A stretch of 64,000 nt of DNA, from assembly GCA_000002445.1 (NCBI GenBank), contig CH464491.1, positions 3,488,001-3,552,000 of the forward strand, in the 5' to 3' direction. The notes below the pieces were generated by a model. That model was not told the origin of the DNA and ran no database searches. It was given only the letters and a program-made list of their open reading frames with translations. The stretch comes from Trypanosoma brucei. Taxonomy: Eukaryota. The position numbers were made by a program, and so were the translations under genes. This document shows positions 22,340-32,120 of the stretch, piece by piece (the stretch's first letter is position 1; each line of letters starts with the position of its first letter).

Positions 22340-23655
22340 GAACCGTTGACTTGTCTTTGCCTGCCGCCCTCAGATACAGGACCAACATCGCATCAATAAA
22401 AAAAAACAACAAACAAAAGGACCAAGTGAAGAGGGGACACGCAAAAAAAGAAACAGTTTAGCGATGATGTTGAGGGCGGAGAATACCCGCACTCATAACG
22501 GGAATAATAGATAGCATAACAGTCACATAGGCAAAAACACCTCACAATTGCTGAGCCCACTTCATAAAATATGAGAAACAGAAAGCAAAGAAAAGTTAAG
22601 CAGTATGATGAGATTGATGTGGGTGAAGCCTATTGAAAAGAGAGAATTCGTTAAACTGCCCAGAAATACAAAACATCAATTGCGTGTGAAAGCAAGACAA
22701 CCGTTCATTAACTGACTTTAACTCTTTTGCATCGCGCTGAGACCAGCGTGCACCTTCACGGTGGTTACCCACCTTTTGCGTGTTTTGGGGCAATCAATTC
22801 CATCTCTTTTATAGTGGGGTATCCCTGAGTCCTCCTTGACCAAGACGGGCGGTGATAAGGCCAAACGCCCCTCTCCGCTGCTTGGCATAGCGAGAGCATT
22901 CCTCCTGCTCTTTGAGATCGGTTTCCCCCTTTTTCTCTCCCGAAGTCAGAGAGGAAAATGGGTCTCACTGAAAACGATAAGCAACTACCGTTTAGAGTGG
23001 GAATGTGGCTGTGGCACCGCCCTTCCCCCCCAATTTGTGCAACATCCCCCGAGTCGTTGGCATAAGGCTCCATGAAATGTTCCCAAGCGAGGTTCCAAAT
23101 GCCAGTTGTGCTGGAATTAGCCTTACAAATGCCCCCGACACGATGCAGCAGGACCGGCCTCGTAGTAAAATGACTGCTTGCCGTGCTTCACCCAATCCCT
23201 CGTCACTTATCCCATAGTACCAGTGGCACACCCGGTGCTTATATGTGTAGTATTGCTCCACGAAACATGAAGATAATGAAGAAGCACAATCAACCAACCT
23301 TGATCAGTAGATGTTGCACCCACCAATCGCCAGGACTGCTGTGATGACAGCGCCAGCGATATTTTGATAGCTTCGAACAAAGAAACTACTAAGGGATCGA
23401 GACCAAAAGACAATAAAAAGGCACAAAGGGAGCTGCACTCGGGGCACGAGGATAAACTGTTACCGACGGCCATTAACGAGGGTTGGTTGAAGTCACAGCT
23501 AAAAGGCAGAGTGATTTGCGCCGGAATATGTGTCAGTCGGCACGCCCCTAACAAACTCCGTCGGTAGCCGTTCGTATGCTCAGGGAAATATAGCTCTGTT
23601 TGTGGACCAATTAGTTATACAAGCCGACGGGAAAGGGGACGGGGAAGCAGCCATG

Positions 23656-24195
23656 TTAGTATGCGAACGGGTCAACTTGTTTCGCATACCGCATCTCCTG
23701 TTCAAGGTGTTCAGTTTCTTCTTCTGTCCACTCGTTCTCCAGCTGAAGATATGTGCGCAACCTTGCAGCTCCCTCCATAATGGAAGGTGCCTCCTTTGCA
23801 ATTTCATTCACACGCTCTGCTACATAGGCACCGAGAAGCTCCCGCAGTTCCACAACGCACAAGAAGCACGCACACTCAAAGAGCGGCATAAGTATCTCAC
23901 GCCGTTCAGCACCGCGGACAAAATCCAGATTCCACTCCGGAACAAAGTCTCTAAGGGACCCTGTGAGGGGCCTACGTGCGTCAATAACGAATCTGCTGCT
24001 CTTTTCAAGGTAATCGGCAACGGCGCGCAACACTTCTGTAGAGAAACCAAGTTCGATCTCTGGCATCTCTGTGCATCCACTTTCATCTAACTCAGCGAGC
24101 CTTTGCAGAAGTCCGATATGATTCCATGCAGAAGCGGCCGGAATCGAAACGGTCTCACCATTGGGCGACACAAGTGTCACATCGCAAGCAGCCAT
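23656..24195 (-). CDS. SKP1-like protein (divergent Skp1 POZ plus dimerisation domains)
   Basis: The ORF track gives 23656..24294. The probable start is the Met at 24195 ('MAACDVTLVSPNGETVSI...'), and I verified an ATG there on the minus strand. The N-terminus matches Skp1 'IKLQSSDGEIFEVDVEIA...'. The C-terminus '...LFECACFLCVVELRELLGAYVAERV...LRTYLQLENEWTEEE' matches the Skp1 dimerisation-domain end '...[28 protein letters not shown]'. Confidence 0.6.
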   Translation of the reverse strand: MAACDVTLVSPNGETVSIPAASAWNHIGLLQRLAELDESGCTEMPEIELGFSTEVLRAVADYLEKSSRFVIDARRPLTGSLRDFVPEWNLDFVRGAERREILMPLFECACFLCVVELRELLGAYVAERVNEIAKEAPSIMEGAARLRTYLQLENEWTEEETEHLEQEMRYAKQVDPFAY

Positions 24196-24800
24196 TGGAA
24201 AAGCCACCCCCGCGACTTTACCGTTTCTTTCCTTTTCCTTGCTTCTACAAAGTCGTGCTTGACGGTGGCATCCATAAAAGAAAAGAGGTGGCACACATAT
24301 TTATTACCTCAGTTGTAGCCCCATTATCAACTCCCAAGAAATCTCTTCACAATTGATACCGACAACAAGGGATAAAGCGATCGATAACTGCTACCCGGGT
24401 AGTTTTTGTTCCCGTCGCTAATGTAGCTGAAATTGCGCACCGGCGAACGAGTGTCATTAAACACACACACAAACCAGTGTAAATATATCCCAATCATGTG
24501 CCCCTCTGCGACGCATCCATAGAATGGCTTTCAGACGCCGCGGGGTTTGTTTTTTCTCGGTGTCCATAAGGAAGAAGTCTGGCAGAGGCTTCAGAAACAT
24601 GTGAGGAATAAAAAGTAATTAAAATAAGACGCAAGGCACGGTGATTAAGGTTTTAGTTTGTGTACACTTGCATCTGAAGACAGTATCTTCCTCTGAGTAA
24701 CAGCCCCTTGATTTTCCACCCACCCATCTGTCCTTACTTCTCTCCATCCCTTTGCCTGTGCACACACTTATCCCAGCGTAGGTAAAATATACAAACGAAC

Positions 24801-24826
24801 ATATATATATATATATATATATATAT
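24801..24826. repeat. (AT)n microsatellite
   Basis: The sequence 'atatatatatatatatatatatatat' is directly visible. Confidence 0.9.
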
Positions 24827-25812
24827 GCTTGTGGGTGTACTTGCGTGTACGACACTGCCCATCCAGCTTCGGTTTCATTCAATTACGTCCCCTTCCTCCT
24901 CGAACCGTGGCTCAACAACCCACCTTTGGCCGTTCTGTCCCCACTTATCACAAGAAAATCGACCCCCATCCGGCGTCCCCTGCCCTTCGTCACTTTAGTT
25001 ATGCCTACGAGAGCAAGAAAGCGAAGATAGTGGCCCAAACGAAGCGCGAAAAAAACAACATGAAAACAGGAAAGGTCTAGTTGCAGCACAAACGTATTAT
25101 ATTAGCCAATGGAAAAGAGAATACCACAACATGGGGTCCGAGCACGCTTAACCAAGTGAATCAACGTGACCAGCCAGATTGTGGTGGCAACGACAACGGC
25201 AGGGGGGGGGGAGGAGGGGAGGAAGAGGATAACACCAACATAATGTGACGGAGCCAAATTGCATTGGTCACCGCTTTTTCTTTGCGTGTTTCTTATATGA
25301 AATATGATAGGGGTGTTGCGCCTGCCTGGCTCTTCACCCAAGCAAATAAGAGGTAGCCGCCTTCTCTTCGTCAGGGAAAAGGTGGAGCCACGCGCTCCCT
25401 TTTCCCCATCTGAGCTCTGACAAGAGTCGGTAAGGTAGCAACCTAGAAGTGAGTCACATAATAAACAGAGAAACACCGATACCGATGTTTTACAAACTTT
25501 CCTCCATCAACCTCTTTGACACTCATTCACTCTTAATTACACTGAACACACGACCATGACGCCCTTTTCACCCCAAACCACTTGTTTCGCCCAACGTAAT
25601 CTCCTTTTTTTAACTTTCAAAAGTCTCCCTTAGCCCTTTTCCATCCACTCTATTTGCAGTGCCGAGGAAGAATGAAACACATGCCTTCCTACCGCAGTTC
25701 AAAACCTCCCTAATCAACGAGCGACTGCCTCTTTCACCATCTGTCTGCCACACCCTTCCCCCCACCTCAATTTTGTTCCTTCTCTTCAACTAATTTCATT
25801 TTACTCACCTCT

Positions 25813-28272
25813 CTATTCTTCTTCATTTACAGGCCACTCATTTTCCAGCTTTAAGCAGTCCATTTCCTTGCGTGACCAGTCATTTTGCACTTGGAAGCAT
25901 CTGCGAACTAACGCCGCCGCCTCAAAATGGTCTCGGGCCCCATAGCTCGCTCTCACAATGAAGTCAGCACACCACGCTGCACAGAGGCTCCGCAGTGATG
26001 GGACTTGGAGCACTTCTGCCGCGCGCATGACGCGCAGCAACAGAGCAACGCGCTCCGCAGCGGGGGGCTCTACTAGAAGCACTCTGGAAATTCCAGAAAC
26101 CTTGAGGAACGGAGTGGGGTACGTATAACTCATATTTGGTGAATGCTCAACTATTTCCATCGCACGTGACACCTGCTCCTCCGTCTGACCAAGTATGTCG
26201 CGGTAGATGAAATTCCGCTCCCAGGGAGTCAAGAGTGCCACTAGAGGTGCAGTGAGAGGTTCAGGCGCGAGTGTGGGAAGGAGCTGCTCCTGGCGACTGT
26301 TCTCGTAGGGGTGTTGTTGATGGATCGTGGCGAAGTGCCGGAGGTACACGGCACAGTATCGCACGGCATCGGTTGATGGAGTTCGGTAGGGCCGCGACGC
26401 ACGCTCATCTGCGCGGGGACCACGTGCGGAATGTATTTTGCGCGTCTCCGAGGTAGTCGATACTTCAAGCGACGGAGCACCGTCTAAAGGTGCAGACAAG
26501 TCCGCTGGAATGCAAGTATTGCTTGGGCGTAGGGTACTGCTGCTGGCTGACTTCCCCAGTGAAGATTTGTGTGAGGAGTGAAATGGTATTGTCTGACTAA
26601 TCTCGAGGTTGCTACTCGCCCCGCTTCGCCTCGATTCCGTCTTTCCCGCTGCTTCCCACTCACCGGCTATCTCATTTGAATCACAAAACCAGTTCTGCAA
26701 TTTGATGACGATTTCCTTGTCAGTGATGTGCATGCATTGCCGCATCGGGCGGCCCTCGACTTCTCCATTGGCACCTTCATCATCGCCGTCATCGCCTAAA
26801 GCACTACTATTGGGTTGCTGCTTCCGGGTCTGGGAAACACTATCCGCCCTCATGCTACTCATAAGTCCACGAGGACTTAGTGACCTTTCACCTGAGAAAC
26901 GACTAGAACCCTCTATGGGAGATGACACGTCCTTACCTTTGCTTGAATGCTGGCACAGTGGCCGCGAAGTGGTCTCTAACTGCAATGTCTCCTCAATTGT
27001 GGGAGATGCACAGTCACCGCTGGGGATTGTGGAGTCGTCTTCGTCCCCGATCATGCATGGGGTGCGTTGATGGTAACTCCCGGGGGACACAAGCCCCTCG
27101 TTTGTCTGACTGTTTGGTGTGAAGAAAGGCATGACCGATCCCGTTCCTGACGCTACGAAAACCTCCTGCGTAAGCCCCTCTTCTGCCTCGTCTGTTCTTG
27201 GCGACACGACAGCAGCGGCAACGGGGCTACATTTATTAGCCGTTACCAGCTCCTCGTCCTTTGACATCCTGGAGCCGCACACCTCTGAGGGACTTGATTC
27301 CACATTGGAGGTTTTGCCATCACGTTCAAGTGTTTCGGGTGTGACCTCCGCCGATAGGGAGGGGGGGTCCTTATTATCTTCAGCACCACGGTCGCTAGTC
27401 TGTAACTCATCATCATCTGAACCAAGCGTGATGGCGTGCGCGGCGGTATTGGTGCTCGGTGACACTTCGCGTGATTTGGTTGACGATCGTTTTTGTGACA
27501 GCTCATCCTTGCAGCCGCCTTCTTCACCCCCCATTCCTGCCTGTATTTCCTCTTCCTCCCCACTCCCCCTACTTTCATCATCATCCAAGGTGCTGGGCGT
27601 GGCGCTATCATCTCCACTGGTTCCCCCCTTATCTCCCCTAAGTGGCACATGATGTTCTAATGGCGTGAAACCACCACTGTTGCCAGGCACCGTCTTGTCT
27701 CCACTGGCGTGAAATTTCTCCTGACGATCGCCTTCCAGCCCTACCTCATGTCCGCGAGGTGTCGTTCCCTTTGCTTCTGATTCGGCTTTTCCTCCGTGCG
27801 TGCACACCGTTGGAAGAGAAAACGTAACAGGTGACGGTGAAGGAGAGTCGTTATCGGCTTCATCGTCGTCAAGAACACTCGCTGTGCCATCTGTATCGTC
27901 AGAGTTTCTCGATGGACTACCCTGTTCCCTACCGTAGCACGCCCGCTCAAACCCGTTAACTTTTCTACCTCTCAGTGCTGATTTGGACCCTAAAGACTGT
28001 TCGCACACGTCGTTGATTGAACCCACATTAAGACTCCTCATGCCGCTTCGATGGCCGTCGTAATCTTCGTCACCAATTCGGTCGGGGGTCCGCTCGGAGT
28101 CAGAGTCGCTGCATACGTACGTGTCGCCGTCTATTGCTGTCCCCGGTGACGCGAAGCCGTACATTTCTTCCCAACTGTCCAACACACGCCGCACCATTCC
28201 CGAGAGCTGCGCGGCTTCCTCTGGTACCGCGATGCGCGCACCATCCTGCGTCTGCAAGAAAATTAGAGGCAT
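25813..28272 (-). CDS. SKP1-like protein with a very large internal low-complexity (Ser/Asp/Glu/Gly-rich) insertion
   Basis: 819-aa ORF. The N-terminal 'MPLIFLQTQDGARIAVPEEAAQLSGMVRRVLD' is Skp1 POZ-like. The extreme C-terminus '...LCAAWCADFIVRASYGARDHFEAAALVRRCFQVQNDWSRKEMDCLKLENEWPVNEEE' matches the Skp1 C-terminal '[25 protein letters not shown]'. About 600 aa between the two ends are Ser/Thr/Asp/Glu/Gly-rich and predicted disordered. Confidence 0.55.
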   Translation of the reverse strand: MPLIFLQTQDGARIAVPEEAAQLSGMVRRVLDSWEEMYGFASPGTAIDGDTYVCSDSDSERTPDRIGDEDYDGHRSGMRSLNVGSINDVCEQSLGSKSALRGRKVNGFERACYGREQGSPSRNSDDTDGTASVLDDDEADNDSPSPSPVTFSLPTVCTHGGKAESEAKGTTPRGHEVGLEGDRQEKFHASGDKTVPGNSGGFTPLEHHVPLRGDKGGTSGDDSATPSTLDDDESRGSGEEEEIQAGMGGEEGGCKDELSQKRSSTKSREVSPSTNTAAHAITLGSDDDELQTSDRGAEDNKDPPSLSAEVTPETLERDGKTSNVESSPSEVCGSRMSKDEELVTANKCSPVAAAVVSPRTDEAEEGLTQEVFVASGTGSVMPFFTPNSQTNEGLVSPGSYHQRTPCMIGDEDDSTIPSGDCASPTIEETLQLETTSRPLCQHSSKGKDVSSPIEGSSRFSGERSLSPRGLMSSMRADSVSQTRKQQPNSSALGDDGDDEGANGEVEGRPMRQCMHITDKEIVIKLQNWFCDSNEIAGEWEAAGKTESRRSGASSNLEISQTIPFHSSHKSSLGKSASSSTLRPSNTCIPADLSAPLDGAPSLEVSTTSETRKIHSARGPRADERASRPYRTPSTDAVRYCAVYLRHFATIHQQHPYENSRQEQLLPTLAPEPLTAPLVALLTPWERNFIYRDILGQTEEQVSRAMEIVEHSPNMSYTYPTPFLKVSGISRVLLVEPPAAERVALLLRVMRAAEVLQVPSLRSLCAAWCADFIVRASYGARDHFEAAALVRRCFQVQNDWSRKEMDCLKLENEWPVNEEE

Positions 28273-28946
28273 CTTTCAGTAACCATGCAGGATGGGGATG
28301 CTGTGGGAGTTCGGCGCTTGTGAACTCTTTTCTTTTCTCTACCGAGATCGGTTTCACGGGGGTTCTCTCCTTCCTACTGCCCCCTCTCCCTCTGCTGCCA
28401 GCTTTACCTCTTTTACTCCTTCCCTATATTCTTTTCCCTTTTATAACAACAACAATAAGAAAGAAAGTACTTATATATATATTGCTTAGTTTGCTAAATC
28501 AACTATACAACAATGCTATCACAAGGGCCACGAAATGAACTTTCGGGACAACTTCACTCAAGATCGACAACCGCGTGGATGTCCATTTGCCTCTTCCCCC
28601 CTTTTGTTGTTTTCCAATCCTTTAGCATCCCCTGACTGTGCTTGGAGCAGCCCCTGACGAAATTCTCTACTTTGAGAGGAGCTGTCCTCGACTTGATGCA
28701 GCCTTCTGGAAAACATAAATGCCACCAATGACTCTATCAAAAGGTGAACGGGGCAAGTCAACCCGACGGACAAAAGACAACAGTGGTTATGGGAGCAAGC
28801 GGTAGCAACGTGCGTGCACCTATGCGCATACACACATATAAGAAGTAACATCAACACAACCGATGCCTCTTTTTGTAGTCACCCCCACAAAAAAAAAGGG
28901 TGCCATAAGAAACTTGTTTTGTCCTTTTCCCCTTCCGACCACTGAA

Positions 28947-30266
28947 CTAACGATTCTTAACTTTGGACTCCAGTATGGACCGATGTCGTTTCGACTCACC
29001 TAAAACAAACCACTGAAACTGCCCACGGCGATAGTACGTTTCACATCGTGCTTGTGTGACATGCGGCGCTACTTCTCCACAGTGACCACCATCCGTGTTG
29101 CTGGAAACGTCGTAAAGACTCAGCACAGCAGACGCGAGAGGTACATCAAATGTACTGGTGCTATTCGCAATGAATGTCTTAAAGGCACACCCACCCACAG
29201 CTGTGGTGGAAGTGTTCTCCCATTCATCTCCATCCTCGCTATCATCTTCCCATTCGTCATCATCATCGTCATCGTAATCTCTGGCTCTCTTCTTGGATCG
29301 GTCTGGCGGCAAGGGCTGCTTTGCGTCAGCCTGCGGGCCCGCTTTACTTGTCATTGGGGACGCACATGCCAAAGCAGATAACATGCCTACTGTGGCAGAG
29401 AAATTATTTGAATTGTAATTCACCTCACTCACACCTAGACTTTTGCCGCGGTCGTCACAACCGATGCCATCAGCTTTCTTATAGGTGTTGAGATCAGCCT
29501 CTACCACGTGCAGCGGCACGCTAGTGGATGTGAAAGATGCATCACCTTCTGCGACCGAACACCACTCACTGAAGAGTACATCCGCCAACAACTCCACAGG
29601 TATTTCCGTGGGCTTTCGATCATCCTGCCACTTGTCGTCTCCCTCTTCTTTGACTCTCACGTCGCCCGCTGTAACAGCTACGATTTGCTCCATTGCATAA
29701 GTGAGATCTTCTCGGCGTATCGTTTTCCTCATGCCACCGACGCGCTCCCGCAGAATCTTTAGCAACTCTTCCACGAAAGTTTGCCGCCCTGCTGACTCGT
29801 AACGCCGCTGGAGGTGGCGGAGCACCCGGCACCGCGCAGCAGCTTCTGGTGGGCGTGGATGAGCCCATGGTGTCACCACTGGCGCAAGGTGGGATAAATT
29901 GAACCAACCATCCGCCATGGCACCCGTAAGAAAGGGATCTGCGCGCGTGTGGCCACTGACACGAGGGCGCAACCTGTTAGTGTCTGCCACCCACTGTGGG
30001 TTGGAGAGTGATGATGAACTTAATAGACGGACCCAAACCGGGAGAATGCCTTCAAGTGTTTTCCGCTGCTTAGCATGTAGAAGCGGACCCCCCGTGTCCT
30101 CACACTGCTGTTTTTCACCATCATACGCCGGCGAGGCTTCGTGCCCATCTAATACTGAGAAAAAGTTTTTAATAAAGCTCTCAGCGGTGCTGCCCTCATC
30201 GTGTGCCGCCATAAGCTGATGAAACGCTGTTGGAGCCCCTCTCCCCCTTTTCGTACCGTCGTTCAC
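28947..30266 (-). CDS. Hypothetical protein with an internal poly-acidic tract (DDDDDDEWEDDSEDGDEWE)
   Basis: 439-aa ORF with coding-like composition. No recognised domain by eye. Confidence 0.5.
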   Translation of the reverse strand: MNDGTKRGRGAPTAFHQLMAAHDEGSTAESFIKNFFSVLDGHEASPAYDGEKQQCEDTGGPLLHAKQRKTLEGILPVWVRLLSSSSLSNPQWVADTNRLRPRVSGHTRADPFLTGAMADGWFNLSHLAPVVTPWAHPRPPEAAARCRVLRHLQRRYESAGRQTFVEELLKILRERVGGMRKTIRREDLTYAMEQIVAVTAGDVRVKEEGDDKWQDDRKPTEIPVELLADVLFSEWCSVAEGDASFTSTSVPLHVVEADLNTYKKADGIGCDDRGKSLGVSEVNYNSNNFSATVGMLSALACASPMTSKAGPQADAKQPLPPDRSKKRARDYDDDDDDEWEDDSEDGDEWENTSTTAVGGCAFKTFIANSTSTFDVPLASAVLSLYDVSSNTDGGHCGEVAPHVTQARCETYYRRGQFQWFVLGESKRHRSILESKVKNR

Positions 30267-32120
30267 AAAGGCCAGCCAACAAAGAGAGATGAGTGAATTT
30301 TCAACAAAAATGAATACATCACCATCAGCATTACCGCCGAAGTGTTGACGGGGGAAGCAGCCGCGTTAACACTGATTCCGTTTAGCTGTTGGAGGACACA
30401 CCGTTGACGGCAATCCAATCATCGGCAATGTTTTATTACGGTAGTAAACCAGGAGAGAAGAGGGAAATAATGTGCCAACAGCGGATTACCCAAATATGTT
30501 CGCTTGGGGGACAAATATAAATCAATCAGAACGGTGCTAATGAATGAATGACAAGGGAGCACATAGCCGCGGTGGTGCGACCTGTCCTCCAGCTAGAGTA
30601 AATCGAAAGTGAGTAAGGGGAACAACCGTCCCTTTTTTAAAGAAAGAGATCACGTTTGAGTCTCATGACCCTGAGTCCACACATGCAAAAAAGAATGTGT
30701 TTACACCCTCTTTTCTCTCCTTGATCGGAATACAACCCACACGATATGTATATATGCACGCTTACGACAACCCATGTGTACTAATGTAGGATTTGGAAGG
30801 CGAATTGTATGCGGTGCTACAGCTGTAACAAAGCCACCCCTCAATCCCGGTGCAGGAAGCCTGCTGTGGCGATTTTTCCGCACCAAAGCCCCACCGAAAG
30901 AACTCTGCGCAGGTGGCTCAACAGTTGTAATCACAACACTCCACGCACATTTCATTGATGTAAGCGACGCGGAAAAAGGAAGTCAGTCGATTCATGTCTG
31001 AGAACCTCCTTGTGTGTAGCGAGTTGCCACCACGGTTGCCCAAACAAATGTTGCCCGACCATTCGTCCTCCCTTCCCTTCCAAATCTCAAACACTAATTT
31101 CCCCCCTTCACCACACTGGTGGAGTAAAATAAACAAAGAAACAAAAAATACCCGCTCTTTTTCACCCAAATCACTGTCCTGCGCGGCTTTTCATTTTGTG
31201 TTCCCCCTCGTTCTTTGCCCACACCAGATGTGTTCACCACATGGAGCCACTCTAGCATTCACGTAATACCGTTCCTTTATTAGTTTATTACTCTGGGGTT
31301 GTTTTGGCCCCTTACTTTAGTTAAAAGCTCTCCTTTCCACCTCCTAATATCCTCCTTTTTTTTTCTCACCTTATTTTATTTCCTTCGCCCTCTTCTGATA
31401 ACGCGTAGGAAAAATACACCAAGACGTTAAGAGGAACCAAATTAAGAGGAATATAGCACTGCGCACCCAATTCATAGACGAAATCAGTGACGTCAACGAA
31501 AAGGTGATGTGAAAATCAACGCTAAAGTCATCTGAAGGCGTTTAACAAACTTAGGGCGCCATTAAGCGAAATTGTGCGGGCTGCACGGCAGATGTTGCCG
31601 CTACTTGACTGCGGGGAAGCGTTCAGATGAAATCAAACTTTTCGCCCGTCTCCTTCGTCTGGTACACCCCCTTCTTCTCCCGTCCTCACTATTTGTTTCC
31701 TTTCCTCTTTCCGCCGCAATTAATTAGTTTCATGATCTCGCTTCCACCCTGGAGCAATTAAGCCTTCTTCATTCCCTCCCTCTCCCCTTACACACAAAAA
31801 AAAAAGCAGGGGGAAGGGGAGGTGGGAAACGATGGTGATGGAGAGGGAGCATGACTCAAAAGTTTTTAAACAACTCCACTGTTTCTTTTAGTTATCATCC
31901 GGTCCGCCGCCAATTCGATTCATGTAGTTCCGTTGACCACAATTGTTACCCGTACCCACCCAGTTTCAATACAAGGGGGACGATTTATAATCACAAAAGT
32001 TATGGCTCCGTTGCTAGTTATATGAAAGCCAGTCGGTAATTATGCCTTTTGTGATGGTTTCCGGGTGGAACAGAAACATGCCACCACTAAACGCTCCTTA
32101 CACAACCCACGCCTGCACAA

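Noticed and set aside
22765-23554. Chain of 100-115-aa minus-strand ORFs in the 1.3-kb spacer between the 721-aa gene and the SKP1-like gene
   Set aside because: The frames are overlapping or shifted, with no motif and no clear start context. It could be a small unannotated gene, but the evidence is insufficient.
23530-24090. 186-aa plus-strand ORF
   Set aside because: It lies entirely antisense to the SKP1-like gene (23656..24294, minus strand), which has recognisable homology. All other genes are minus-strand. Long antisense ORFs are expected in GC-balanced coding sequence.
30701-31169. Two short overlapping minus-strand ORFs (84 and 83 aa) that could be one frameshifted small gene
   Set aside because: No recognisable motif in either piece. 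The region is a 1.8-kb spacer between two strongly supported genes, and the composition is only weakly coding-like. It would need transcript or proteomic support.
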